From Myxococcales bacterium (GTDB taxonomy: Bacteria > Myxococcota_A > UBA9042 > JABWCM01 > BTVJ01): a DNA stretch of 64,000 nucleotides. Positions within the stretch are counted from its first letter, which is position 1, and the number at the start of each line of letters is the position of its first letter. Both the position numbers and the translations under genes were made by a program. The notes under the pieces were generated by a model. It was given only the letters and a program-made list of their open reading frames with translations, ran no database searches and was not told the DNA's origin. The stretch lies in assembly GCA_045863395.1 (NCBI GenBank), contig BTVJ01000003.1, positions 195,172 through 259,171 on the forward strand. Reading direction: 5' to 3'. Below, piece after piece: positions 1-9,600 of this stretch.

Positions 1-419
1 CCGATGGCGTCCTCCAGCGACCGCCCCCGCACCAGACGCATGACGTACCACGGGCGCCCCGACGGGCTCTCCCCCGCGTCGTAGACCGGGACGATGGCCG
101 GGTGCTCCAGCAGGGCGGCGATGCGTGCCTCGCGGTTGAGCCGGGCGTCGGCGCTGCCGGGGTCTGCCGCCGGGTGGGCCTCCTTGAGCGCCACGTCGCG
201 ACCGAGGCGTGCGTCGCGGGCCACGAGCACGCGGCCCATGCCGCCCGCGCCCAGGAGGGACCGCCGCTCGTAGCGACCGTCCTCTGCTGCCGGTCCCGGC
301 GCCGAAGCCCACCCGACGTCGGCGACGCTCCACAGGGGCGCGCTGTGCGGCGCGGCGCCCGCCTCACCCCGAGGTGCGACTTCCCCAGGGCGCCCGGACT
401 CGGTGTTGTCGCGGCCCAC
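1..419 (-). CDS. Hanks-type Ser/Thr protein kinase, N-terminal part (runs off window start)
   Basis: Manual reverse translation: RYERRSLLGAGGMGRVLVARDARLGRDVALKE...LEHPAIVPVYDAG...PWYVMRLVRGRSLEDAI (kinase subdomains I-V). GTG at 419 is in frame, 6 nt after the upstream stop; start uncertain. Confidence 0.85.
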   Translation of the reverse strand, partial: MGRDNTESGRPGEVAPRGEAGAAPHSAPLWSVADVGWASAPGPAAEDGRYERRSLLGAGGMGRVLVARDARLGRDVALKEAHPAADPGSADARLNREARIAALLEHPAIVPVYDAGESPSGRPWYVMRLVRGRSLEDAI

Positions 420-425
420 GGGGGC

Positions 426-1346
426 CTACACCTCGTCCACGGTGACGTCGCGGGGGTGCAGCACGACCTCGAACACGCCCGTGCCGCTGGCCCGCACCAG
501 ATCGGGGCGCACCCGGGCGCGGCGCAGGCGGTCTCGCAGCCGGAACATGGCGACGTCGAGCTTGCGCCGCAGGCTGTCCCGCCCCTCGTCGTGCCCCCAG
601 AGCTCACCGGCCAGGGCCTCCCAGGACATGGGGCGCCCGGCCGCGATCAGCTCGCTCAAGATGCGCGCCGACAACCCGGTGATCACGACGGTCTCACCGT
701 CGCGGGCGATGTGGACCGTGTCGTAGCGCGCGACGATGCGGAGCGGTCCGGCGAGGCGGCTGGCGGCTGTCGCATCCGTGATGGAGGCGACCGTCGGCAC
801 GGCGACCGCCCGGAAGGCGCGGCCCTCCGCCGTGAACGCATCCCCGGGAAGGAGGGGGCGCGGCGGCTCGGAGCCCAGCCGGAGCGTGAAGCCGAGGCCG
901 CTCGACCAGATCACGGCGGCGGCCGCCGGGTGGACGCTGGGCTCGAGGGACGGGCGAGGTCGGAGCACCAGGGAGCAGGCGCTGTGCAGCACCTGCCGCG
1001 CCAGCCCGTCGCCCTCCAGCGCCAGGACCGCCTCGGGGAGGGTGACGTCCTCCACCGTCAGGTCAAGGCCCGGGGCCAGGCTCACGACGAGCCCGGGGGT
1101 CAGCTCCACCTCCCCGAGCCAGTGCCCTCCGACGCCGATGCGCCCCCGCAGCCCGACGAGGCGGAGCTCACCGCCGCGCAGGCTCACCATGGCGTGGGCC
1201 TCCGACACCCGCGGGTCGTCGAGCTGGAGCCGCGCGGACCACAGCCTTCCGATGAGCTCACCGTGGCCCAGGGTGGCTGACTCGCCGGTCGGCAGTCGGA
1301 ACAGTGCCTCTACGCGCATCACGGGGGAGGACTCTAGCGGGGCCAC
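426..1346 (-). CDS. FHA-domain protein with C-terminal winged-helix DNA-binding domain
   Basis: FHA motifs IGRLWSA and DPRVSEAHA; C-terminal OmpR-like wHTH (LAGELWG...LDVAMFRLRDRL). Co-oriented with the kinase. Start may be ATG 1319. Confidence 0.75.
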   Translation of the reverse strand: MAPLESSPVMRVEALFRLPTGESATLGHGELIGRLWSARLQLDDPRVSEAHAMVSLRGGELRLVGLRGRIGVGGHWLGEVELTPGLVVSLAPGLDLTVEDVTLPEAVLALEGDGLARQVLHSACSLVLRPRPSLEPSVHPAAAAVIWSSGLGFTLRLGSEPPRPLLPGDAFTAEGRAFRAVAVPTVASITDATAASRLAGPLRIVARYDTVHIARDGETVVITGLSARILSELIAAGRPMSWEALAGELWGHDEGRDSLRRKLDVAMFRLRDRLRRARVRPDLVRASGTGVFEVVLHPRDVTVDEV

Positions 1347-1494
1347 CCCAGGCGATCAACGCGGGCCATGTAAGAAGCGCGCAGGGACATCGGGGCCGTC
1401 GCCGCCGCTACAGTGCAGGCTCAAGCCAACATGCGACGGTCTCGCCCGCAAGGATCGTGCGGCCGTCGCTCCAGAATCACGACGAGAGGTCACC

Positions 1495-4308
1495 ATGAGC
1501 ACGTGGAACGAGATGCGCACCCGCCGGGGACCGGGCTCCCCGAGCGGGCGGTTCGGGCGAAGCCTCACCCTCTGTCTTGCGCTCGCGCTCGCAGGCAGCC
1601 TCTCCGCCTGCGAAGACGAGGCGGCCTCTCCAGCGGGCGGGGGCGGGACGGACGCGGGCACGATCACCACGGACACCGGAGGCACGGGGGCAACCGACGG
1701 CGGCGGCGGAGGCGGTGGGACGGACGCGGGCACGATCGCCACGGACACCGGAGGCACGGGGGCAACCGACGGCGGCGGCGGAGGCGGTGGGACGGACGCG
1801 GGCACGATCGCCACGGACACCGGAGGCACGGGGGCAACCGACGGCGGCGGTGGAGGCGGTGGGACCTCGGACACCGGGAACGGCTGCGCAGATGGGCTCC
1901 GGTGGAGCGGCGGGAGCTGCGTGGACATCGACGAGTGCGCCGAGGGCGGTCACGACTGCGACGCCAATGCGACGTGCACGAACACTCCGGGGGCCTTCAC
2001 GTGCAAGTGCAAGTCGGGCTTCGGGGGCGACGGCAAGACGTGCGTCGAGGGCGCCTGCGACCCCGGCTACAAGAAGAGCGGGTCGGGCTGCGCCGACATC
2101 AACGAGTGCAGCGAGGGGCTCCACGACTGCCACGCCAACGCGTCCTGCACCAACCTGACGGGCTCGTACTCCTGCGCGTGCAAGTCGGGCTACACCGGCG
2201 ACGGCAAGACGTGCGCCGAGATCCCCTGCGACCCGGGCTTCAAGAAGAGCGGGACGATCTGCGTGGACATCAACGAGTGCAGCGAGGGCCTCCACGACTG
2301 CGACGTGAACGGGACCTGCACCAACTCCACCGGGTCGTTCTCGTGCAAGTGCAAGACCGGCTACACCGGCGACGGCAAGACGTGCGCCGAGATCCCCTGC
2401 GATCCGGGCTTCAAGAAGAGCGGGACCATCTGCGTGGACATCAACGAGTGCACGGAGGGCCTGCACGACTGCGACCCGAACGGGTCGTGCAGCAACATGA
2501 CGGGATCGTTCACGTGCAAGTGCAAGTCTGGCTATGAGGGCGACGGCAAGTCCTGCACCGAGATCCCGTGCGCCCCGGGCTACAAGAAGAGCGGCTCGGG
2601 CTGCGTGGACATCCACGAGTGCAACGAGGGGCTGCACGACTGTGACCCGAATGCCTCCTGCTCGAACTCCACCGGCTCCTACTCCTGCAAGTGCAAGACG
2701 GGCTATGAGGGAGACGGCAAGAGCTGCGCGGACATCGACGAGTGCGCCACGGGCACCCACACCTGCGACGCCACGACCTTCTGCAAGAACACGGTGGGCG
2801 CCTTCACCTGCGACTGCGCCCCGGGCTACTCGAAGGCCGGCTCCAAGTGCTTCGACATCAACGAGTGCCTGGACGGTACTGACGACTGCGTGGCGTGGTG
2901 CCAGAACGTTCCGGGATCATTCAACTGCATGTCGACGGTGGCGGATGAGACCAGCCCCTACTATACGAAGACCTGCGACCCTGACTTCTCGTTCCACCAG
3001 TACAACTGGAAGGGCACGCCGCCCAACGAGACCTACGAGTACCAGACCAAGCTGATCGCGGACTGCCGGTGCGGCAACAACCGCATGCCCGTGCCGCTTG
3101 GCGGCCTGGCCATCTGCCAGAACCCGCTGGAGCTGCCGATGAGCTACGGGTTCGGGGCGGGCCCGACCATCCGCGAGCTCCCGAACGCGGGCATCCTGGG
3201 CGGCACCTTCGACCCGGAGACCCGCCTGATGTATGTGGGCATAGAGTGGCAGGGCACCTTCTACGAGGACCAGGGCGCCATCCTGGCCATCGACGCCGAC
3301 TCGGGCGACCGGACCATCATCTCTGGGCAGTGGCTGGACCCGGCCAACGGCTACGCGACCTACGGCGAGTCGGACCCGACCGACAAGACCTTCTGGACGG
3401 ATGACATCATCGGCGGCCCCGCCTACAAGAACCCGCTCGGGCGCGTGTACCACGTGCGGCTCGGCCAGGACGGGTATCTCTACGCCTTCACCGGGGACAA
3501 GGACAACTACGCACACATCGTCCGCGTCGACATCGCGACGGGCAACCGGAAGGTCATGTGGACGGAGAAGCGCTTCCTGGACCCGAAGAACCAGAACGAG
3601 CCTGCCCACGTCCAGTGCCCGAACGGCATGAAGCTCGAAGGGTCCACCACCTGGGCCCAGATCTACGACTACGGCGGCTTCGAGCTCGACGCCAACGGCG
3701 ACTACCTGGTGACGGTCCTCCAGAACGGCACGACCAGCAACATCACGCCCAACGGCATCATTCGCATCAAGAAGGACGGCACGGACTGCCAGTGGGTCAC
3801 CCGATTCGGCATGGGCACCAACAACGAGTTCTACGGCCAGACCATCGGTACGGGCCCGCTGGCACAGTTCTCCTTCGACGCGCTGTACCTCCACCAGGGG
3901 TTCCTGTACGCCGTGACCTCCAGCAACGCCATCGCCTTCAAGATCGACCCCACCACGGGCAACCGCACCATCGTCGCCAGCGACGCGGTCGGCACGGGGG
4001 CGCTCGTCGGCGTGGACTGGCTGAGCTGGGACCCGACCCGCAACATCATGTGGACCGGGGGCACGGGAGCGGGGACGACCATCGTCTCCTGGGACCTGGT
4101 GACGAACCAGCGGTCGAGCCACATCGGCCTCAAGGTCGCCAAGCCCAAGCAGTTCCAGACCGCGTCCGGGCCGCTCGACACCTGCTGCATGATCCACCTG
4201 CCGGGCTGGGTGGACACCGCCAACGGGCACCTGCTCGTCGGCTTCAGCAAGTACGCCATCCTCCGCTTCGAGCCCGAGTCGGGCAACTCCGTCATCCTGT
4301 CGCTGTAG
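1495..4308 (+). CDS. Lipoprotein with Gly/Thr linker, about 7 calcium-binding EGF-like repeats and a C-terminal beta-rich domain
   Basis: ATG 1495 after GAGAGG; lipobox LSAC; repeated DI(N/D)EC...C...C.N..GS(Y/F).C.C..GY.GDG..C; C-terminal region with D..(S/T)G(N/D)R units suggesting a beta-propeller. Confidence 0.85.
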   Translation: MSTWNEMRTRRGPGSPSGRFGRSLTLCLALALAGSLSACEDEAASPAGGGGTDAGTITTDTGGTGATDGGGGGGGTDAGTIATDTGGTGATDGGGGGGGTDAGTIATDTGGTGATDGGGGGGGTSDTGNGCADGLRWSGGSCVDIDECAEGGHDCDANATCTNTPGAFTCKCKSGFGGDGKTCVEGACDPGYKKSGSGCADINECSEGLHDCHANASCTNLTGSYSCACKSGYTGDGKTCAEIPCDPGFKKSGTICVDINECSEGLHDCDVNGTCTNSTGSFSCKCKTGYTGDGKTCAEIPCDPGFKKSGTICVDINECTEGLHDCDPNGSCSNMTGSFTCKCKSGYEGDGKSCTEIPCAPGYKKSGSGCVDIHECNEGLHDCDPNASCSNSTGSYSCKCKTGYEGDGKSCADIDECATGTHTCDATTFCKNTVGAFTCDCAPGYSKAGSKCFDINECLDGTDDCVAWCQNVPGSFNCMSTVADETSPYYTKTCDPDFSFHQYNWKGTPPNETYEYQTKLIADCRCGNNRMPVPLGGLAICQNPLELPMSYGFGAGPTIRELPNAGILGGTFDPETRLMYVGIEWQGTFYEDQGAILAIDADSGDRTIISGQWLDPANGYATYGESDPTDKTFWTDDIIGGPAYKNPLGRVYHVRLGQDGYLYAFTGDKDNYAHIVRVDIATGNRKVMWTEKRFLDPKNQNEPAHVQCPNGMKLEGSTTWAQIYDYGGFELDANGDYLVTVLQNGTTSNITPNGIIRIKKDGTDCQWVTRFGMGTNNEFYGQTIGTGPLAQFSFDALYLHQGFLYAVTSSNAIAFKIDPTTGNRTIVASDAVGTGALVGVDWLSWDPTRNIMWTGGTGAGTTIVSWDLVTNQRSSHIGLKVAKPKQFQTASGPLDTCCMIHLPGWVDTANGHLLVGFSKYAILRFEPESGNSVILSL
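1645..1860 (+). repeat. 3 x 72-bp near-perfect tandem repeat encoding GTDAGTI(T/A)TDTGGTGATDGGGGGG
   Basis: Units begin at 1645, 1717 and 1789 (gggacggacgcgggcacgatc...); in-frame linker. Confidence 0.95.
1918..2930 (+). repeat. cbEGF coding repeats (central units 171 bp / 57 aa)
   Basis: Near-identical units such as AEIPCDPGFKKSGTICVDINEC.EGLHDC. Confidence 0.9.
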
Positions 4309-4337
4309 GGGTCGGGTCGCCCATCGACGGGGGCGGC

Positions 4338-4366
4338 TTGTCGAGGCCGCCCCCCTGCGCTACCCT
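4338..4366 (+). promoter_or_regulatory. Putative sigma70-type promoter, probably leaderless, with the -35 inside a hairpin loop
   Basis: TTGTCG(4338)-17 nt-TACCCT(4361), ATG 7 nt later, no SD; stem 4329-4337/4346-4354. Confidence 0.5.
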
Positions 4367-4373
4367 GCGGCCC

Positions 4374-5048
4374 ATGGAAGACCTCTACTTTCGTCAGATC
4401 CCTGTCGGCCCCATGTCCAACTTTGCCTACGCCATCGGCTCGCTCTCGACGCGCGAGTGCGTGCTGGTGGACCCGGCCTGGGAGGTCAGGGCGCTCCTCG
4501 ACCAGCTCGACGAGGACGGCATGACCCTGACCGGCGCGCTGGTCACCCACTACCACCCGGACCACTGCGGCGGCTCCATGTACGGCTTCGCGGCGGAGGG
4601 GCTGCCCGAGCTGATGAAGCTCCGGCCGGTGCCGGTCCACGTCAACGAGCACGAGGCGGAGGGGCTCCGGCGGGTGACGGGGCTGTCCGCGTCGGATCTG
4701 ACCCGGCGCGCCTCGGGGGACCGGGTGGTGGTCGGTGGGGTCGAGCTGACCTTCCTCCACACCCCGGGTCACACGCCAGGGAGCCAGTGCTTCCTGGTCG
4801 GCGACCGCCTGGTGAGCGGCGACACGCTGTTCCTGCAAGGGTGCGGCCGCGTGGACCTGCCCGGCGGGGACGCGGCCGCCATGTACGAGTCGCTGACACA
4901 GCGCCTGTCGGCTCTCCCCGACGACACGATCCTCTACCCGGGCCACCTCTACTCCCCGGAGCCCCACGCCCCGCTCCGCGACGTCCGCCGCACCAACTAC
5001 GCGCTCCTGGTGCCGACCCTGAAGGACTGGCTGCGGATGATGGGGTAG
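4374..5048 (+). CDS. MBL-fold metallo-hydrolase (glyoxalase II-like)
   Basis: THYHPDHCGG, HTPGHTPGS, SGDTLF, GCGRVDLPGG, YPGH motifs. Confidence 0.9.
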   Translation: MEDLYFRQIPVGPMSNFAYAIGSLSTRECVLVDPAWEVRALLDQLDEDGMTLTGALVTHYHPDHCGGSMYGFAAEGLPELMKLRPVPVHVNEHEAEGLRRVTGLSASDLTRRASGDRVVVGGVELTFLHTPGHTPGSQCFLVGDRLVSGDTLFLQGCGRVDLPGGDAAAMYESLTQRLSALPDDTILYPGHLYSPEPHAPLRDVRRTNYALLVPTLKDWLRMMG

Positions 5049-5081
5049 GGGGCCGCGACGACGGATGTCAGCGCGCTGGAG

Positions 5082-5483
5082 TCAGTCCGTCGTTGGCAAC
5101 ACCCTCACGGTGATCTCCCGGCACCTCGTGAGGTCGCCGTCGTTGCTCAGATAGGCCGAAGCCTCCCAGGCGATGGCCGTGGCGAGGTGGATGGCGTCGG
5201 GAACCTTGAACCCGTACCTTGCGCGGAGGTCTGTGGCGATGTCCACGACCCGGCGGTCGATCTCGACGGCCGGCAGGCCGCCATCGAACAGCGCGTTGTA
5301 TCTCTGGACGAGGTCCAAGTCTCCATCCCGAAGCGGCTTGACTCGGCACTCGATGCGGGTGAGCTGTGACGTGAAGAGCGGAACGGGGTCATAGCCTGCG
5401 ACGAGCGTTCGTGCAGCCTCGCGTACTTCAGGCTCCCCTTCCGTCAGATAGATGATGATGCAGGAGTCCAGGTAGACGCTCAT
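5082..5483 (-). CDS. vapC: PIN-domain VapC-family toxin
   Basis: 133 aa; VYLDSCIIIY, TRIECRV, PDAIHLATA, LSNDGDL acidic PIN motifs. Confidence 0.9.
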   Translation of the reverse strand: MSVYLDSCIIIYLTEGEPEVREAARTLVAGYDPVPLFTSQLTRIECRVKPLRDGDLDLVQRYNALFDGGLPAVEIDRRVVDIATDLRARYGFKVPDAIHLATAIAWEASAYLSNDGDLTRCREITVRVLPTTD

Positions 5484-5689
5484 TCAGAGTCCCACGAGTC
5501 CCGCGCCTCCCGGAGCTGCTCGTCAATCTCCCCGCGCGACCGCTGCCCCTGTGGCAGTTGCGCCAGAAGATCGTAGATCGTGCGGGATGCACCACGGATC
5601 ATCAGTCTCGCGTCATTTGGGGGAGGCAGGAGCTGCAAGTATGGCCGAGGGGAGCGCGGCTCGATGAATCGCGAGGGCAACGCGGTCAT
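5480..5689 (-). CDS. Putative antitoxin for the VapC
   Basis: 69 aa, 4-nt overlaps with both neighbours; C-terminal RSRGEIDEQLREARDSW resembles VapC-partner tails. Confidence 0.6.
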   Translation of the reverse strand: MTALPSRFIEPRSPRPYLQLLPPPNDARLMIRGASRTIYDLLAQLPQGQRSRGEIDEQLREARDSWDSE

Positions 5690-6681
5690 TGGACTCTCCC
5701 ATGAATCAAGGCAGCCAGGTCTGCGCTGGCGTCCGGGGTCAGGTCAAGGCGGCCCTGCTTGAAGAGTCTGGCCATGGTGGCGTGTTCGTCGACCCACACG
5801 AGCCTGTCCTCTAGCCGCAATCCGGCGAACCCAGTGTGCTCGAATCGTCTCCGCAGACGCTCTCTGACGAGCTCCGGAGCCTCCGTGCGGCGGTTGACGA
5901 CTGGCACCACCGTCGGGAGCTGCTGACGAAGCGCCACGAAGGCCTCCATGGCGGCGAAGAGGTCTGAGCGGTCGGCGCCGGTCACCAGGAATGCACGGAC
6001 GTCCAGTCGTTGTCCCGAGTCGAGGGACGGAAAGCCCGTTGGTAGGGGTCTGTGCCCGTGGATGTGCGCGCAGAGCGACAAGACCTCGGTCGCAAAGCCG
6101 AAAAGCCCCGGAGACAGGTCGATGACGACATGGGTCGTCTCCGGCATCTGCTCTGCGACACTCGCGAGAATCCAGGCGAACCGCCGGGTCCAGGGCCCCA
6201 AGGGCTCCGTCACCGGCAGCCAGGCCAGCGCTTGTCCGACGTCCCGCGGGAGCGACGACGACGGGAGGTAGGCCACCCCGTCATCGGGATCGGACCTCCA
6301 GACGGCGCTCGCGATGAAGCACTCCTGCTCCGGGTAGGCCCCTCGATAGCCGAGCACATCGTTGAAGAATGGGGGGGGAGGTGCTTCCCCGTCTGTTGCG
6401 AGACCCCGGGCGTCACGGGCTGCCAGGGTCTCTCCCCGCGACATCCAGGCCCCCGTGGGCGGTGCACTCAGGTCCAAGGCACCGGCTGCGGTCCTCATGC
6501 TGCGTGGTGCGCACAGGTCGAGACCGTCGGCGAGCGATGTGCCGGTCAGGTCGCCGTCTACCACGAGCGGACGGCCGCCCGTCGCAGACAGGACCTGTGA
6601 CAACCCCACAGCCAGCGTCGACTTGCCGACGCCGCCCTTGACGGAGCACAGAACCCAGACATGGAGGGGGGGGACGTTCAC
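5686..6681 (-). CDS. ParA/MinD-family ATPase
   Basis: Deviant Walker A KGGVGKST, LVVDGD, VVIDLSPG, VVNR. Confidence 0.85.
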   Translation of the reverse strand: MNVPPLHVWVLCSVKGGVGKSTLAVGLSQVLSATGGRPLVVDGDLTGTSLADGLDLCAPRSMRTAAGALDLSAPPTGAWMSRGETLAARDARGLATDGEAPPPPFFNDVLGYRGAYPEQECFIASAVWRSDPDDGVAYLPSSSLPRDVGQALAWLPVTEPLGPWTRRFAWILASVAEQMPETTHVVIDLSPGLFGFATEVLSLCAHIHGHRPLPTGFPSLDSGQRLDVRAFLVTGADRSDLFAAMEAFVALRQQLPTVVPVVNRRTEAPELVRERLRRRFEHTGFAGLRLEDRLVWVDEHATMARLFKQGRLDLTPDASADLAALIHGRVQ

Positions 6682-9600
6682 TCTATCTGCTCCAAGGCGG
6701 CAAGGAGCTGCCGCACTCGAACATCATGCTGCCAGGGGTCGCGCGTCGCAAGCCCGGCGAGGATGACGCGCGCCTCATCCCGCCCCGCGGGTGGCGCCTC
6801 CATTGCCGCAGAGCCGAGCGCCAACGCCACGGCGATCCGGTCTCCGCCGTTCTCTGCGACCAGGCGGTCCAGCTCGTCCACCTCGCCAGCGAGCTGGTCG
6901 GGACTGGAGCGAGCGGTCGCCAGCAGGTGACGTCCGGCAAAAGCCGCCCAGTTGGGGTGCTGTGCCCGAGCCGCAAGCAGGCGGTGCACTCCGGGGTCGA
7001 CGGGGATCCGGCCCAGGGCGTGGAGCGCCACTGACACGGCGAAATGAGCGACATCTCCCAGGGTCTCTGCGCCAGTGCGGTGGAGCACCTCGAGGGCCTC
7101 CAGCTCCGAGTCGCTCGCCTCGTCGATGGCCTGGGCGGCGGCGACGAGCACCACGGGTCTCACGGGATCTGGTGGTGTGTCGGGCAGGTGTTTGGGACGA
7201 CCGGCGTCCTTCAGCCAGCGCAGGCGGACGTCCGGCGCCAGGGAGGCCCACTGGTCGGAGTCCAGCCGCAGGAGGACGAGCATCGCGAGGTCTGGCACCG
7301 TGGCGGCGGGGCTCCAGTCGACCACGGCGTCCGTCCGCCCTCCACGTCGGTGCTCCCGCTCGTCGGGGGTGGGCTCGCGGCTCGCGAGCTCTCGCAGGAC
7401 GGCCAGCACACCTCGAGTGGCGACGCTGTGCAGCTCCGCGCCGTCCCGCGACCGGGCCAGCTCTTCAGACGAGCGCAGCGCGTGGAGCACTGCCATCGTC
7501 CGAAGCTGGCGCCCCCCGGCGTATCGCGCCGGGTCCGGGACGTCCGAGCTGTGCGGAGCCCCCCAGGCATCGAGCCCGTGCTCGTCCAGCCGCTGCATGA
7601 AGGCCTGCCGGGCCTCGAGAGGAGCTGCATCGAGCAGCGTGATGAACCAGGTCGCGAGGCGCCAGGTCAACCACATGCGCTCGCGAGGGGGAGCGTCGGC
7701 GCCGGCGAGGCTCTCGACCACCCGCTGGCACAGCCGCAGGATCTGAGGCTCGCGCCTCGCGAACCCTGGCTGCGCGCGGCGGGGCAGGGTCGCCGCTGCG
7801 TCGCCCGTGGGCGAGGTGGTTGGCACGAGCGTCCCGATCACGCCCTCCACGAGTCGGGGGAGCTCGGATCTCAGGTCGACCTGGCCGGCGGGGAGGTCCC
7901 AGACCGCCTTCTGCGCGGCAGCCGCCCGGAGCACGACGAGGCTCGCCGAGAGCCACCCCGTCGGGACGGAGTCTGGATCCCTCATGTGTCCGAGGGCCTC
8001 GTTGAGCAGCTCTGCGCTCCGCTCGTCCGCGTCAAGGAGTGTGGCAGACAGGTTCGCCAGCGGTCCCGGGATTCGCGCGAGCATCAGCAGGAGCTCCCAC
8101 TTGTCGCGGCGATGCGACCAGGCGCCCGTCGTGAGCCGGTCGCGCAAAATCTCGACGAGGGGGCCGTCCGGTAGGGGACCAGGCTCGGAGAGGATCTGTC
8201 GCAGCTCGTCGACGTCTTTCAGCGTCGCGAAGGGGACGCCCCCGAGCTGCCAGGAGAAGAGCCAGGATGGGTCCTGGCGCATGTGGCGCCACGGGGCGCG
8301 CGCGGCCGCCACCGCGGCCGCCTCGAGGCGCGCGCCATCAGCGGGGTCGCTGGCCGCACCCAGGAACGCATCGTGGAGGCGCCCGTCCAGCGGCCCGAAA
8401 CGCGCGGCGGCCCAGGTGGCCCATGTCCCAAGCGCTGAGGCGCCCAGGCGGAGGACGACGGCCTCCGCGGGGACCTCCGCAGCGACCGTCAGGCCCCCGG
8501 CGTCCTCATAGGTGAACTGAATGTCCCCGTCGGCGTCGACGAGCGCCCGAGGCTGTGCTTCCACGAGCGACACACACCGCTGCACGAGCTCCAGGAGCGA
8601 CACGAACCTCGTCCCACCGTCCCCGCTGACGCGCAGCCCGACGCGCTCCAGAGGTTGTTGCTCCCACTGCGAAGAGGCGATGACCAGGGTGGCGAGGGCG
8701 CCCCGCGTGAGGGCATGGGGCCCGGTGTCGGCGGCGAGCGCCAAGGTCGCCTGCTCGAGGCTCACCAGCTCGGGGGGCGGCCCCTCGCCCGAGTCCTGGA
8801 GGCGCGGGCCCATTGACACCCAGAGGTCGGAGAGCGCGCGCTGTGCGGGCTCTCGCCGAGACGGGGCTCCCTGGACCCACCGCCCGATGGCGGTCCACAT
8901 GCGGCCCGCCGGAGCGTCCATACTGCTCGCGTAGGCGTCGCCCTCACGCGTGAAGGCGGCGAGGGGGGTGCGCAGGGCTGCCAGGCCGAGGAAGACCAGC
9001 AGCGGCTGCGTCAGCGCTCCAGGGTCGGCGACGCTGGACGGCGGCGCGTCACTAGCGCTGTGTCGCGCCAGCAGGAGCGACTTGCCGGACTCCTCCGCCG
9101 TGTCGAGCAGCGCGCGCGTCAGCCTCTCGGCGGCTTGCAGGTCTGCGCCGTCCGGGAGCCACGTGTCTGCGAGGGCCGCTGCAAACGTCTGCGCCACGAA
9201 GAGGACGAGCGGCCCCTGCCCCAGGTGGGCCCGGCGGAAGGCGGCTGGCACTGCGGCGAGCAGACGCGCGGGTCTGCCCTGATCCAAGGTGGCGTACCGC
9301 CTCGCGAGCTCCTTCAGGAGGTCTGAGCCGAGCGCCTCGATGGTGCCGTGCTCGGCGAGCTGCTCTCGCTTGGGCATGGCCTCGGCCGGGGGGCACAGGC
9401 GGTCGACGAGGTCTGGAAGGTGGACCTCGCGCTTTCGCACGGACGTCCTCTCGTGATGGAGGGTCGAGGCCAACGACGGTAGGGGCGCCAGCGCTCTGGC
9501 GGCATCGAGGAGCGCCACCGGATGGAGGGCGCTGGCGGCGGCCTCCGCCACGAGGATGCGCCTCTGACCATTGCACCACCGCCAGCGTTGAAGCAGCTCC

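Noticed and set aside
1645..1860. Tandem repeats as a CRISPR array
   Set aside because: No unique spacers, unit length is a multiple of 3 inside a CDS, and no cas genes; the same applies to the EGF, six-Cys and TSP3 repeats.
5686..6681. ParA as a plasmid or chromosome partition system
   Set aside because: No parB, rep gene or parS-like repeats seen; it is coupled to a SIR2 protein instead.
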